This document shows positions 49,484 to 63,335 of a stretch of DNA of 64,000 nucleotides, piece after piece. Made by a program: the position numbers and the translations under genes. Origin of the DNA: Pseudodesulfovibrio indicus (GTDB lineage Bacteria > Desulfobacterota > Desulfovibrionia > Desulfovibrionales > Desulfovibrionaceae). The notes below the pieces were generated by a model. That model saw nothing but the letters and a program-made list of their open reading frames with translations. It made no database searches and was not told the origin of the DNA. The stretch is taken from contig NZ_CP014206.1 in the NCBI RefSeq assembly GCF_001563225.1, positions 3,513,486-3,577,485 of the forward strand, in the 5' to 3' direction. Numbering within the stretch: position 1 is the first letter of the stretch; each line of letters starts with the position of its first letter.

Positions 49484-51778
49484 TTACTTCTTTGTCAGGC
49501 CATAGCCCAGCGGCAGCTTCTTGAACCGGCCGCCGTAGACGATGGGATCGCCCTTGTAGCCGAGCTTCCTGAAGTCGATGTAGTCGGTGGAGCCGATCAG
49601 GTCGTCCACGTCGCGGCCCATCATCTTGAGCAGCTCGAAGTCCGCGCCCTGCTCCACCAGCTCCCGGAACTTGACCTCGCGGGAATCCTGGTGGCAGCGG
49701 TCGCAGGTCCGCTCGCCCTTGAGGCTCTCGTGGCACTGGACGCAGGACAGGGCGTGCTCCTTGGGCATGACCTCGTGCTCGATGCGCCAGTACATGTTGG
49801 TGGCGACCCACATGTACTCGCCGCTGTAGGGCAGATTGGCCTTGGCCATGCCTTCCTTGAACGCGGCCTGCCAGTCGGTCCCCTTCCAGAAGGCGGACGT
49901 GTCCTCCTTGCCGTAGGGGAACAGGTGCGGCACCAGCAGATAGCGGTGCTTGGCGTCCGCGGGCTGGATGCCGGCCATGATCTTGAACGGCGTGATCTTG
50001 GAGTGCGGGTCGTCCAGGGCGCCCACCGGACGGGTGATGTCCGTGACGACCATGGCCGCCTTCTGCTCCGGGGTCGGCTGCTCGCCCGGCAGGAACCCCT
50101 TGGCCTCCGGATTGATGGGGTCGCCCAGCAGGCGGCGCTCCATGAACCCGTTGTACCAGGCGTAGACGGGCTTGGCCGCCTCCTTCCAGCGGAAGTCGCC
50201 CTTCATCCAGTTGTAGTCCGGCTTGCCGTACTTGTCCTTGCGCACCTCGCGCTTCTTGTCCCCGGCCGTGGACCAGTCCCACCAGGTCTTCGTCGCCGCG
50301 CACTTGGAGTAGATGGGCGAGTGGCAGGCGTTGCAGGCCACGGTCTCGCAGTGCATGTTCAGGTGATGGTCGAGCAGGCTCTCGCCGTAGTGCGGCTTGG
50401 ACGTATGGCAGTCCTCGCAGGCGCGGGACCCTTCGGCCACGGGCACGGAGGTGGACCGGCCCGATATCTTGTGGTTCCGGGTCTCGTGGCACTCCGTGCA
50501 GCTGAAGTCGTAGCCGCCCATGTGGATGTCGCAGTTGCGGTCGGGCCAGTTGAGCTCGGCCGACATGTCCGCGTGCTTGACCGCGTCCCCGCCGCCGCCC
50601 GCGAAGTGGCAGACGCCGCAGGTCTGGCGGCTGGAGGGGCCGACGTTTTGGGCGACGAAGACCATGTCCACCTTGGGGTCGGGCATGCCCGCCGCGGGCG
50701 GTGCCTTGCGATAGCTGCCCGTGGTGTCGTGGCAGACCAGGCAGTCCATGTTCTCCTTGTTGGAGAAGTCGAAGGTGTTGTCCTTCCAGCCGTACCCGGC
50801 GTGGCAGGAGGTGCAGCGGGATTCGTTGCTGAGCACCGACAGGCAGAAGTTGTTCAGCGTGGTGGTGCCCTTGCCGGACAGGACGCTCTTGCGGTGCTCC
50901 ACGGTGTACGGAGACGGGCCGCGCCACAGCCAGTGGGCCGTGGTCAGCATGTCCTCGCCCGCCTGTTCGTGGCAGCGCAGGCATTCCCGCGTGACCTCCT
51001 GCGGAGAGGGGTTGTCCGGGAGCTTGACCAGCTCCTTGTGGTCCACCGGGCGCTTGGCGTGGCACCCTTCGCAACTGACCGGCCCCTGCTTCATCTGCTC
51101 ATGGCAGTCCATGCACTGCATGTGGTAGGCGGCCTTGAGCCCGATGCGCTCGGGGTCCTTCTCGGAGAAGGCGTCCTGGTGGCAGGAGCGGCAGGCCACG
51201 ATCTCGGCGGCCTCGGGGTCCTCGGGGCGGTAGTGGTGGCAGGAGGCGCAATCGCCGTTCAGGGCGGCCGAATGCTTGGCGTGCATGAACCGCACGGGCT
51301 CGTACTTGCGGTCAAAGGTGTCCACGAACTCGCTGTCCAGCAGGATGTAGCTCTGCTTCATGTCCTTGGGGCCGATGCCCAGCTTGCGCAGCCGCTGCTG
51401 GCGCAGGGGCAGGTCCTCCATGAGCACCTTGTCCACGTAGGGGTGTTCCTTGCGGGCCAGCTCCTCCGCCTTGACCTGGTCCACGGGCGACCAGCTCTCG
51501 GGCCTGGGAGTCAGATCCTTGCGCGACTTGGCCACGGGCTCGGCCTCACCGGCCGGGGGCGTGGCGGTCCAGGCCGGGGCCAGCGCCCACAGGACCGTGA
51601 CCGCGACGGCCAGGACCGACCAACCGATTATCTTCCTCGGCTTCGTCTTCATCGGGAACACCGTGCGTCCGGGGGACAACGGGGGCGTGGCGGTCCAGGC
51701 CGGGGCCAGCGCCCACAGGACCGTGACCGCGACGGCCAGGACCGACCAACCGATTATCTTCCTCGGCTTCGTCTTCAT
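49484..51778 (-). CDS. 13-heme periplasmic multiheme cytochrome c with duplicated N-terminal signal peptide
   Basis: 13 CxxCH motifs (CASCHH...CDRCHQ); true ATG at 51778 forms ATGA overlap with NrfD stop and has AGGAGG RBS; track ORF 49484..52537 is an upstream wrong-frame extension. Confidence 0.85.
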   Translation of the reverse strand: MKTKPRKIIGWSVLAVAVTVLWALAPAWTATPPLSPGRTVFPMKTKPRKIIGWSVLAVAVTVLWALAPAWTATPPAGEAEPVAKSRKDLTPRPESWSPVDQVKAEELARKEHPYVDKVLMEDLPLRQQRLRKLGIGPKDMKQSYILLDSEFVDTFDRKYEPVRFMHAKHSAALNGDCASCHHYRPEDPEAAEIVACRSCHQDAFSEKDPERIGLKAAYHMQCMDCHEQMKQGPVSCEGCHAKRPVDHKELVKLPDNPSPQEVTRECLRCHEQAGEDMLTTAHWLWRGPSPYTVEHRKSVLSGKGTTTLNNFCLSVLSNESRCTSCHAGYGWKDNTFDFSNKENMDCLVCHDTTGSYRKAPPAAGMPDPKVDMVFVAQNVGPSSRQTCGVCHFAGGGGDAVKHADMSAELNWPDRNCDIHMGGYDFSCTECHETRNHKISGRSTSVPVAEGSRACEDCHTSKPHYGESLLDHHLNMHCETVACNACHSPIYSKCAATKTWWDWSTAGDKKREVRKDKYGKPDYNWMKGDFRWKEAAKPVYAWYNGFMERRLLGDPINPEAKGFLPGEQPTPEQKAAMVVTDITRPVGALDDPHSKITPFKIMAGIQPADAKHRYLLVPHLFPYGKEDTSAFWKGTDWQAAFKEGMAKANLPYSGEYMWVATNMYWRIEHEVMPKEHALSCVQCHESLKGERTCDRCHQDSREVKFRELVEQGADFELLKMMGRDVDDLIGSTDYIDFRKLGYKGDPIVYGGRFKKLPLGYGLTKK

Positions 51779-51788
51779 CGGGACACCT
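51555..51788. repeat. 126-bp in-frame tandem direct duplication (about 1.85 copies) spanning start codon and signal peptide of the cytochrome gene
   Basis: Unit gggggcgtggcggtccaggccggggccagcgcccacaggaccgtgaccgcgacggccaggaccgaccaaccgattatcttcctcggcttcgtcttcatcggga... occurs at 51555 and again at 51681; encodes [33 protein letters not shown] twice. Confidence 0.85.
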
Positions 51789-52938
51789 CCTGTCGTTGGG
51801 CGGAAAGCACCGGGAACCAGGTCACGAACAGACGGTACAGGAAGAAGATCGCGGCCACGGACCCGGCGGTGACCAGAATCTCGCCGATGGCCGGGTAGTA
51901 CGGACTCGTCGCATACGGAGCCTTGAACGAGACCACGAACACGTTGAAGCGGTTGAGCATCACGCCCGAGACGATGAGCAGGGCCGCCGTGAAGAGCAGC
52001 CTGCGCGACCGGCGCACCGCCGGGAAGAGCAGCATGACCCAGGGCAGGATCACGCCGAGCCCCACTTCCACCAGGAAGGAACCGCTCTGGGCCGAGCCGT
52101 CCAGCAGGGTGGCGTAGGCCCCGCGCCAGATCAGGTCCCCGACCTTGAGGAACAGGTAGACGCCGAGCAGCAGGATGGTGATCCTGGACAGCGGGGTGAG
52201 CACGTTCATCTCCGACTCCAGCTTGAGCGAGGAGGTGGCGATGGTCGTCTCGACCACGACCATGGGATAGCCCACGGCAAAGGCCGAAGTCAGGAAGAGC
52301 AGCGGTTGCAGCGGCGTGGCCCACAGGGGCGACGTCTTGGTCGGCGCGATGACCATCAGGGTGCCGAGGCTCGACTGGTGCATGCAGGACAGCACCACCC
52401 CGAGGATGATGAAGACCCACATGGTCTTGTCCAGGATGCGGTCCAGGAAGGCCAGCAGCCTGATCTTGTGGCCCAGCTTTTCCGCCAGGACCGGGATGAA
52501 CTCGATCCACAGCACGGTGACGTAGGTCATGACGCACATGGCCACCTCGAACAGGGCCGAGGTGTGGTTCTGGTAGATGACCACCTTCCAGATGGCCCAG
52601 GAGCGGCCGATGTCGAAGAACACGGCCAGGGCCACGAAGGTGTAGCCCAGGGCGGCGGTCAGCAGCGCGGGCCGGGTCACGGCCTCGTAATAGTGGCGGC
52701 CCAGGATGTGGGCCAGGAAGGCGGTGGTGAAGCCGCCCGCGGCCAGGGCCACGCCCGAGGCCACGTCCAGGCCGATCCAGATGCCCCAGGGGTAGTGGTT
52801 GTTCAGGTTGGTCACGGCGGACAGGCCGTAGGTGTAGCGGACGACCAGGGTCACGCCCGCAGCGATCATCAGGGCCAGCATGACCAGGACGCCGGGTGTC
52901 CAGAAGGGTTGTGCGACGGGTTGGGGCCTATGCGTCAT
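51775..52938 (-). CDS. NrfD/PsrC-family polytopic membrane quinone-interacting subunit
   Basis: 387 aa, ~10 TM, AAGGAGGA RBS; start overlaps FeS gene stop. Confidence 0.9.
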   Translation of the reverse strand: MTHRPQPVAQPFWTPGVLVMLALMIAAGVTLVVRYTYGLSAVTNLNNHYPWGIWIGLDVASGVALAAGGFTTAFLAHILGRHYYEAVTRPALLTAALGYTFVALAVFFDIGRSWAIWKVVIYQNHTSALFEVAMCVMTYVTVLWIEFIPVLAEKLGHKIRLLAFLDRILDKTMWVFIILGVVLSCMHQSSLGTLMVIAPTKTSPLWATPLQPLLFLTSAFAVGYPMVVVETTIATSSLKLESEMNVLTPLSRITILLLGVYLFLKVGDLIWRGAYATLLDGSAQSGSFLVEVGLGVILPWVMLLFPAVRRSRRLLFTAALLIVSGVMLNRFNVFVVSFKAPYATSPYYPAIGEILVTAGSVAAIFFLYRLFVTWFPVLSAQRQEVSR

Positions 52939-53836
52939 GGCCGTCCTCCTTGTCGTGCTTGCGGCTGGTGTAGCCCATGACCGCGCCGAGGACCCCGAAC
53001 AGGGCCAGCGGGGACCACAGGTAGCTGAACAGCCCGCTCTGGATGGTCTCCGTGGTCTGCGGCATGGGCCGGGTGGGCAGGGCCTGGAAGCCGACCTTCC
53101 CGAAATCCACGTTGGAGATGTACATCCAGCTCGTGCCGCCCACTTCCCGCTCGCCGTAGATGTGGTCGTTGTACTTGCCGGGATCGCCCTTGATGCGCTC
53201 GCGGGCCTGGCCGAGCAGCTCGGACCGTTTGCCGAAGGTGATGGCCTCCACCGGACAGATGGACGCGCAGCCGGGCTTGCCCCCCTCCTTGGAGATGCGC
53301 TCGAAACAGAAGGTGCACTTGCGCACCCTGGGCAGGACGGGCCGGTCGTACTCGTAGGCCGGAATCTCGAAGGGACAGGCGGCCATGCAGTAGCGGCAGC
53401 CGATACACTTGTCCACGTCGTAATGCACGGCCCCGTTCTCCTTCTTGCTCAGGGCCCCGGTGATGCACGCCGAGGCGCAGGCCGGGTCCTGGCAATGCAT
53501 GCACTGCACCTTGACGAAGGTGGGGACCAGCTTGTCCCGGTCGTCGATGCGGCCGGAATAGTAGCGGTTGATGACGGTAAAGGCGTTCTGGTCCGGGCGG
53601 CGCTTGACGTCGAGGATGGTCAGGTCGTCGAACTTGATCGCGGGCTCGGGCAGGTCGTTGACCTCCTTGCAGGCCTGCTCGCACTTGCGGCAGCCGACGC
53701 AGCGGGTCAGGTCCACCAGGCATCCGTAGGGGTCCGGCGGCGCCTTCGACTGCCAGGCCTCCGCATTCTTGGGCGCCGCAGCGGTCGCCCCGGCAATCCC
53801 CAATGCGGCCAGAAAACTTCTGCGGGTAATCGGCAT
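52928..53836 (-). CDS. TAT-exported 4x[4Fe-4S] ferredoxin-type subunit (PsrB/NrfC/HmcB-like)
   Basis: [22 protein letters not shown] twin-arginine signal; four Cx2Cx2Cx3CP motifs. Confidence 0.9.
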   Translation of the reverse strand: MPITRRSFLAALGIAGATAAAPKNAEAWQSKAPPDPYGCLVDLTRCVGCRKCEQACKEVNDLPEPAIKFDDLTILDVKRRPDQNAFTVINRYYSGRIDDRDKLVPTFVKVQCMHCQDPACASACITGALSKKENGAVHYDVDKCIGCRYCMAACPFEIPAYEYDRPVLPRVRKCTFCFERISKEGGKPGCASICPVEAITFGKRSELLGQARERIKGDPGKYNDHIYGEREVGGTSWMYISNVDFGKVGFQALPTRPMPQTTETIQSGLFSYLWSPLALFGVLGAVMGYTSRKHDKEDGHDA

Positions 53837-53947
53837 TTCATTCTCCTATTAAAAGCAGACAGTTATGAATTATTCACGCACATACCATAGGGAAATTTTC
53901 GAAACAGCGCATTGATCGCGATCAAATTTTATGAAAAACCTGCACCT

Positions 53948-54628
53948 ATGAGCACATATGAAAACCTGCGACGGATTCCGCTGTTCACCGGTCTCAACGA
54001 CCAGGCGCTCCAGGCCTTGGCCGACCGGGCGAGAATGAGCGAATACGGGGCCGAAGAACGGATTGTCAGCCAATCCGACGACGTACAGGCCTTCTTCATC
54101 GTCCTGTCGGGGAGAGTGAAGATTTCCAGAAGCTCGCCCAGGGGCAAGGAGCAGATTCTCTATCTGGTGGAGGAGGGGCAGCCGTTCTGCTTCTGCACCG
54201 CGTTCACCGACCGCCCCTACCCGGTGGACGTGACCGCGCTGGAGCCGTCGCTGGTGGCCATGATCCCGGCCAGGGACATGGAAGACCTGGCCCGCAACGC
54301 GCCGGGGCTGATGCTCAAGATCGTCCAGATTCTCTCCGGACGGCTCCTGGAGGCCATGAATCTGGTCGAGGCCCTGGCCCTGCAGGGGACCCAGGAGCGC
54401 ATAGCCGGTTTCCTGCTCCACGCGGAGTCCTGCTTCGCCGACGAGCCGGGGACCGCCTTCAGCCTGCCCATCTCGCACCGTGAAATGGCCAAGATCGTGG
54501 GCACCACCTCGGAGACCCTTTCGCGGGTCATCCAGAAACTCAAGCGGCGCAACCTCATTGAAGCAAGCGGCAGGGTTATCCGGGTGGTCGACCATGCCGA
54601 ATTGTCCGACGCCGACTACGGGGAATAG
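53948..54628 (+). CDS. Crp/Fnr-family transcriptional regulator
   Basis: cNMP-binding domain plus C-terminal HTH (MAKIVGTTSETLSRVIQKL); start at MSTYENL. Confidence 0.85.
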   Translation: MSTYENLRRIPLFTGLNDQALQALADRARMSEYGAEERIVSQSDDVQAFFIVLSGRVKISRSSPRGKEQILYLVEEGQPFCFCTAFTDRPYPVDVTALEPSLVAMIPARDMEDLARNAPGLMLKIVQILSGRLLEAMNLVEALALQGTQERIAGFLLHAESCFADEPGTAFSLPISHREMAKIVGTTSETLSRVIQKLKRRNLIEASGRVIRVVDHAELSDADYGE

Positions 54629-54730
54629 GCCGATTCGCCTCGAAATGCCTGATAATAATTGAACACGGGTCGGTTTCCGGGTATTCAAGTCAATACCACC
54701 CATTGCATGGCGGTAACGGCGGAACCGGAC

Positions 54731-57948
<3,218 letters not shown>

Positions 57949-57973
57949 CTTCTTTCAACCAGGGAGAACACCG

Positions 57974-59095
57974 ATGATGCGCAAGATCATACCCGGAAAT
58001 AGGCTGAGCAAGGAAGCGATCGAGCGGCAGCACGACGAGCTGCGCAAACGCTCACCCTCCGAGTTCTTCAACTCCTTTCCGCTGCCCATGGCGGTGCTCA
58101 ACCCCCTGCGTCAGATCGTCTTCTGCAACGAACTGTTCCTGCGCACGGCGGGAATGGACGACCAGGACATCCTGGGCAAGCGGCCCGGCGAGGCCATGCG
58201 CTGTATCTACGCCGGCGACACCGAAGACGGCTGCGGCACCACGCCCCATTGCCGGGTGTGCGGCGCCCTTCGGGCCGTGATCGAGGCCATTGACGAAAAC
58301 CGGGCCTGCGAGCGGGAATGCCAATTGCTGGTCCAAGACGAGCCGGGCATCAAGGCCCGGGACCTCCGGGTCAACGCCTCCCCCTGGGTCACCCCGGACG
58401 GCCCGTTCTACATCGTGACCATCGCCGACATCGAAGACCAGAAGCGCAGGCAGACCCTGGAGCACATCTTTTTCCACGACATCCTGAACACCGCCGGCGG
58501 GGCCAAGGGACTGACCCGGATGCTGTTGGAAGCCCCGGAGGAAGACCCGCGCGAAGCCGCCGAACTGCTCGATTCCGCCCTGTTCGGGTTGGTCGAGGAG
58601 ATCAAAAAACAAAAGGACTTGCTGCTCATGGAACAGGGCCAGTTCGCCACGTCCCTGTCGGACATCGAGGGGCTGGCTGCTGTCAGGAGGCTGGCCCGCG
58701 AATTCAGGGCCCACCCCAAGAGCGAAGGCCGCACCCTTCGCCTGGCGCCGGATGCGGCCGAGGTCTCCCTCTCGACGGACCCGGTCCTGCTCCGGCGGAC
58801 GCTGGTGAACATGCTCCTGAACGCCATGGAGGCCACCCCAGCGGGCGGCACGGTGACCATCGGCGTGCGCCCGGACAACGGCGACGCCCTGTTCTGGGTG
58901 CACAACAAGACGGTCATGGACGAACCGACCAGGCTCCAGGTGTTCAAGCGCTCCTTCTCCACCAAGGGACCGGGCCGGGGGCTTGGCACCTACTCCATCC
59001 GCATGCTGACCAAAAACTACCTCCACGGCGAGGTGGATTTCACCTCCGAGGAGGGCGAAGGCACCACCTTCCGGATACGCCTCAAGGCGAGCTGA
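57974..59095 (+). CDS. cytoplasmic sensor kinase-like protein (PAS with Cys cluster + HATPase_c)
   Basis: PAS with CIYAGDTEDGCGTTPHCRVCG; HIFFHDILN H-box-like, G-box GRGLGTYS. Confidence 0.85.
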   Translation: MMRKIIPGNRLSKEAIERQHDELRKRSPSEFFNSFPLPMAVLNPLRQIVFCNELFLRTAGMDDQDILGKRPGEAMRCIYAGDTEDGCGTTPHCRVCGALRAVIEAIDENRACERECQLLVQDEPGIKARDLRVNASPWVTPDGPFYIVTIADIEDQKRRQTLEHIFFHDILNTAGGAKGLTRMLLEAPEEDPREAAELLDSALFGLVEEIKKQKDLLLMEQGQFATSLSDIEGLAAVRRLAREFRAHPKSEGRTLRLAPDAAEVSLSTDPVLLRRTLVNMLLNAMEATPAGGTVTIGVRPDNGDALFWVHNKTVMDEPTRLQVFKRSFSTKGPGRGLGTYSIRMLTKNYLHGEVDFTSEEGEGTTFRIRLKAS

Positions 59096-59107
59096 GACCG
59101 AAGCAAA

Positions 59108-59145
59108 GGGCGGCGCGCCAACCGGCGCGCCGCCCCATTTTTTCG
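59108..59145. terminator. bidirectional terminator GGGCGGCGCGCC-aacc-GGCGCGCCGCCC + T6
   Basis: perfect 12-bp palindrome between convergent kinase (+) and MCP (-). Confidence 0.6.
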
Positions 59146-59160
59146 TTTATCCGTCGAGGG

Positions 59161-61128
59161 TCAGAACCGTTCGAACTCCGCTTCCTTGTCGCCGGCCATG
59201 GACAGGTTCATGCCGAGCTGCCCCCCGCCCTGCGGCAGGGCCGCACGAGGCCTGGACGCGGATCCGACCTTGGCGGGCTTGCGCTGCCGGACCCCTGTGG
59301 TCGGGCCGCCCACGTTGAAGAAGGCCATGGTCGACTGCAACTGCTGGCCCTGGGCCGACAGCTCCTCACTGGTGGAGGCCATCTCCTCCGAGGCGGAGGC
59401 GTTCTGCTGGATGACGGTGTCCAGCTGGCTGATGGCCTGATTGATCTGGGCCGCCCCGGCGTTCTGCTCGTTGGACGCGGCCGCGATCTCCTGGACCAGG
59501 GAAGCGGTCCGCTCGATGTCCGGGACCAGGGCGTGGAGCATGGTCCCGGCCTTTTCGGCCACGGCCACGCTGTTCACGGACAGCTCACTGATCTCGGAGG
59601 CTGCCTCGCCGCTGCGCTCGGCCAGCTTGCGGACCTCGGCGGCGACCACCGCGAACCCCTTGCCGTGCTCTCCCGCGCGAGCGGCCTCAATGGCGGCGTT
59701 CAACGCGAGCAGGTTGGTCTGGCGGGCGATCTCCTCGATGATCGAGATCTTCTCGGCGATGCTGTTCATGGCCTCCACGGTCTGGCGCACGGCCTCGCCC
59801 GACTCCTTGGCGTCGCGCGCGGCCTTGTTGGCCAGGCCGTCGGTCTCCTCGGCGTTCTGGGCGTTCTGGCTGATGTTGGCGGCCATCTGCTCCATGGAGG
59901 AGGAGACCTCCTCGATGGCCGCGGCCTGCTCGGTGGCGCCCTGGGACAGGGACTCGGAGGAAGCGGACAGCTCTTCGCTGCCGGAGGCCACGTTGTCCGT
60001 GGCGCTGCCGACCTCGGCCACGACCTCGCGCAGCTTCACGACCATGTTGTTCAGGGCCGACGCCAGCACGCCGATCTCGTCCTTCTGATCGATATCCAGG
60101 GTCTTTGAGAAGTCGCCCATGGACATCTCCTTGGCAAAGCTGACGCCCTTGGCGATGGGCCGGGTGATGCCCCGGGTCAGGAACACGGCGGCCAACAGCC
60201 CCAGGAGCAGGGCCCCGGCGGAGACCACCCCGCTGGTAAGGTTTGCGGATGCAATGTCGCCGAGCATCAGCGCCTTCTGGCTGGCGCGCACGGCGCGGCA
60301 GAGTTCGTCTGCCTTGCGCGCGGCGGCCAGCATGACCTCGCCCGCCTTCCCCTGAGCAACGAGACTGGACGCGAACCTGTCGCGGTCCTCCCTATAGCTG
60401 TGCACGGCCTTTTCCACCGCCTTCAGCTGTTCGATATTCGTGGTATCCTTGAACCTGGTTCTCAGCTCTGCGGCCAGATTCAGGATGTTGTCCAGGTTTT
60501 CGTCGCTCTTGGCGATGGACTCATCGGTCATGTCCAGCATGTACGACAAGACGTGGATCCGGTTGTTGAGAAACCACTTGATCATCCGGTTGGCCTCGTC
60601 CGCCTTGAGCAGCTTGTCCTCAAGCAACTCGCGCGAGGTATCGCCCGCGGCCAGGAGCTCGCCGAACTGGGCCTTCTGCTCGAAGCGAAGGTTCTCCGTC
60701 TCGGCCATGACCTCCTCGGAACTGCCGCGCATGCCGCTCAGGGCCTCCGCCTTCTGCTTCTCCAGGGCCACGTAGTCGGCGAACCCCTTTTCATAGGCCT
60801 TCACCGACTGGACCACCTCGGCCATGCTGTCCTTGTTCGCCTGCTGATTGAGCTTTTCCGTGGTCGTCGCCACCTGCTCATAGAGCTTCTTCAAGGCCTC
60901 GGCGTGGGTAGCGAGAATCTTGTCGTCCTTGCGGAGCATGTAGTTCTTCTCCTGGACCCGCGCCTCGAGGATGTACCGGACCAACCGGTTCACGTCGTCC
61001 GCCTTGTCCACGCGGTCCGCCACGCTGACCATGCCGCGATAGCCGATGACGGCCACCAGAGCCGTCAGGATCAGCACCAAACCGAAGCCCGCCCCCAGTT
61101 TGATTCCCAACCTCAAATTATTGATCAT
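59161..61128 (-). CDS. methyl-accepting chemotaxis protein
   Basis: Start MINNLRL (GGGAGG RBS), N-terminal TM + periplasmic 4HB-like, HAMP, MCP signalling domain with methylation heptads. Confidence 0.9.
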   Translation of the reverse strand: MINNLRLGIKLGAGFGLVLILTALVAVIGYRGMVSVADRVDKADDVNRLVRYILEARVQEKNYMLRKDDKILATHAEALKKLYEQVATTTEKLNQQANKDSMAEVVQSVKAYEKGFADYVALEKQKAEALSGMRGSSEEVMAETENLRFEQKAQFGELLAAGDTSRELLEDKLLKADEANRMIKWFLNNRIHVLSYMLDMTDESIAKSDENLDNILNLAAELRTRFKDTTNIEQLKAVEKAVHSYREDRDRFASSLVAQGKAGEVMLAAARKADELCRAVRASQKALMLGDIASANLTSGVVSAGALLLGLLAAVFLTRGITRPIAKGVSFAKEMSMGDFSKTLDIDQKDEIGVLASALNNMVVKLREVVAEVGSATDNVASGSEELSASSESLSQGATEQAAAIEEVSSSMEQMAANISQNAQNAEETDGLANKAARDAKESGEAVRQTVEAMNSIAEKISIIEEIARQTNLLALNAAIEAARAGEHGKGFAVVAAEVRKLAERSGEAASEISELSVNSVAVAEKAGTMLHALVPDIERTASLVQEIAAASNEQNAGAAQINQAISQLDTVIQQNASASEEMASTSEELSAQGQQLQSTMAFFNVGGPTTGVRQRKPAKVGSASRPRAALPQGGGQLGMNLSMAGDKEAEFERF

Positions 61129-61235
61129 AATGCCTCCCGTGGATTGACTAGTTGGTTGATGTGTACTAGTTAGTACACTGTGTACAACCAGGTCCACGGC
61201 TTGTAAACAGACACCGCGAAGATTATAATGGTTCA

Positions 61236-63146
61236 ATGATAACATTCGGCGACTACATACGGAACAAACGCCTCGAATTGTTGGAAGGGGACAAGGCCTA
61301 TTCCCTGCGCCAGGTCAGCCAGCGCATCGGAGTGGAGCCGTCCTATCTGAGCAAGATTGAGCGCGGGCTGCCCGTGACCCTTTCCGAGGAGAAGATCGTG
61401 GCCCTTGCCGGGGAGCTCGGCATCGACGCGGACTATCTCCTGGCGCTGGGCGGCAAGATTTCCGACGACGTCCAGCGGATCATCAAGAACCGCCCCGAAT
61501 TGTTCGCGCGGATCGTCCGCGAGATGCAGCGCATGCCCGACGCGGTCATCGAAGAGAAGACCTTTTTTCAATCCATGGCCGCCACCCTGGACCGGTTGCA
61601 CGACCTGGCCTCCATCGGGGCGTTCCGCTTCCCGGCGAACGGCGAGGCCGCCTTCTGGACCGAACAGGTCCCGAGAATCCTTGGGCTGGCCCCCGACACG
61701 CCGCCCTCGCTGGCCGCCATCGGTTCCGGGCTTGCAGCGGAATCCGCCGAGCGGCTGCTCAGGGTGACCGGCGAACACCTCTCCGGCTACGGGGCGTACC
61801 GCTGCGAGGTCCGCACCCTGACGAACCCGCCCGCCACCCTCCTGGTCTGGGGGTGCGCAGAGGACGCTGGGTCCGGGCCGGTCCACCTGGGCATCGTCCA
61901 GGACGTGACCCACTACGCCGCCCTGCGCGACCAGATCCGCTCGGCCCGCGACGAGCTGCAGTTGAAGGTGGACGAACAGCACACCGAGATCGCGACCTCC
62001 ATCCGCAAGCTCAACGAGGAGATCCGCCGCCGCCACCTGCTGGAAATCAACCTCCAGGTGGTCAACCGCAAGATCGCCCGCCAGGCCAAGGAGCAGAAGC
62101 TGTTCTTCAGGAAACACGCCTTCGAGCTGCGCTCGCTGATGACCCGCCTCGACCCGGCGGGGGGCGGCGCGCAAAGCGACGGCGGAATGAAGCCGGCCAT
62201 CGACCGCATCCTGCCCAAAATCGACGACCTGGGCGACTTTCTGACCGACCCGGAAGCCATTGTCCCGACCCTGGCCGACACGGACGTGCACCGCCTCCTT
62301 GAGGACGTGCGGTCGGCCTTCGCCTTCGACGCCGAGGAGGCGGGCCTGAGCCTGATCACCGCCGTCTCCCCGTCCCTGCCCGCAATGGTGCGCACGGACG
62401 AACGGCGGCTGCGCCAGATGCTGACCGCCCTCATGGAGCTCTTCGTGGCGAACACCGAGTGGGGAGCGGTCCAGCTGTCCGCCTGCGTCTCACCCGGGCC
62501 CGAAGGCCGGCTCGTGCTGTCCGTGTCCGCCCCGTCGGCCAAGGTGCCGGTGGACGAAACCCTGTTCTCCGCCGATCCCGGCGACGGCGACGACCGCCTG
62601 TCCCTGTCCGGCCCGGTGCGCATGGTCGCTCCCCTGACCCGGCTGCTCGACGGAGACCTGACCGTGAACCACACCCCCGGGGCCGGGGGATCGGTGGTCC
62701 TCTCCCTGCCCTTCGAGGAAGGGTCCGGACAGGAACCGGCCGCCATCCCCGGCGACAAAGTGAGCCGCGCAGCGCTGGTCGTCGAGGACGCCCCCTACAA
62801 CCGGCTCTTCGCCCGCCGGGCCATGGAGAGGACCGGATTCGAGGTGGCCGAGGCCGTGAGCGGGGCCGAGGCCGAAGCCCGGCTTCGGGAGCGGCGCTTC
62901 GACGTCATCCTCCTGGACATCCAGCTCCCGGACATCGACGGGACCGAGCTGGCCAAAGCACTGCGCGCCGACCGGGAATCCCCGAACCGCGAGACCCCGG
63001 TGATCGCGGTCACCGCCCACGCCGACCTCTCGGACCAGGATGAATTTCTGCGCGCCGGGATCGACGGGATAGTGACGAAACCCTACGAGATGGAAGACCT
63101 CGTCGCCGAGGTGGCCCGGCTCCTGGCCGACCGTCCGCAGTCCTGA
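61236..63146 (+). CDS. hybrid histidine kinase with N-terminal XRE-type HTH (HTH-PAS-kinase-REC)
   Basis: [23 protein letters not shown] (HTH_XRE), PAS, H-box-like KHAFELRS, HATPase, C-terminal REC ([14 protein letters not shown] at VTKP). Confidence 0.85.
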   Translation: MITFGDYIRNKRLELLEGDKAYSLRQVSQRIGVEPSYLSKIERGLPVTLSEEKIVALAGELGIDADYLLALGGKISDDVQRIIKNRPELFARIVREMQRMPDAVIEEKTFFQSMAATLDRLHDLASIGAFRFPANGEAAFWTEQVPRILGLAPDTPPSLAAIGSGLAAESAERLLRVTGEHLSGYGAYRCEVRTLTNPPATLLVWGCAEDAGSGPVHLGIVQDVTHYAALRDQIRSARDELQLKVDEQHTEIATSIRKLNEEIRRRHLLEINLQVVNRKIARQAKEQKLFFRKHAFELRSLMTRLDPAGGGAQSDGGMKPAIDRILPKIDDLGDFLTDPEAIVPTLADTDVHRLLEDVRSAFAFDAEEAGLSLITAVSPSLPAMVRTDERRLRQMLTALMELFVANTEWGAVQLSACVSPGPEGRLVLSVSAPSAKVPVDETLFSADPGDGDDRLSLSGPVRMVAPLTRLLDGDLTVNHTPGAGGSVVLSLPFEEGSGQEPAAIPGDKVSRAALVVEDAPYNRLFARRAMERTGFEVAEAVSGAEAEARLRERRFDVILLDIQLPDIDGTELAKALRADRESPNRETPVIAVTAHADLSDQDEFLRAGIDGIVTKPYEMEDLVAEVARLLADRPQS

Positions 63147-63335
63147 CCGCCCGCTTCCGAACCCCTTGTCCGCATAGCGTTTTCCGCACTCCGCGCCGTA
63201 GCAGAAATATAACACTTCTTCGCCATTTTTCTCTTGCAAGTGGCGGCCTTTTCCTATCAACTCGAACCATGGGAAAATCCCCTCTAAAGCGGGGATGATC
63301 GATCGTGCTCAACCATTTTCCATCGGTGGAACATC

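Noticed and set aside
49691-51898. 735-aa plus ORF and 49188..51074 minus ORF
   Set aside because: Antisense or out of frame to the multiheme cytochrome
49484-52537. 1017-aa minus ORF
   Set aside because: Genuine cytochrome gene plus an upstream wrong-frame extension through nrfD; the true start is 51778 (ATGA coupling with nrfD stop)
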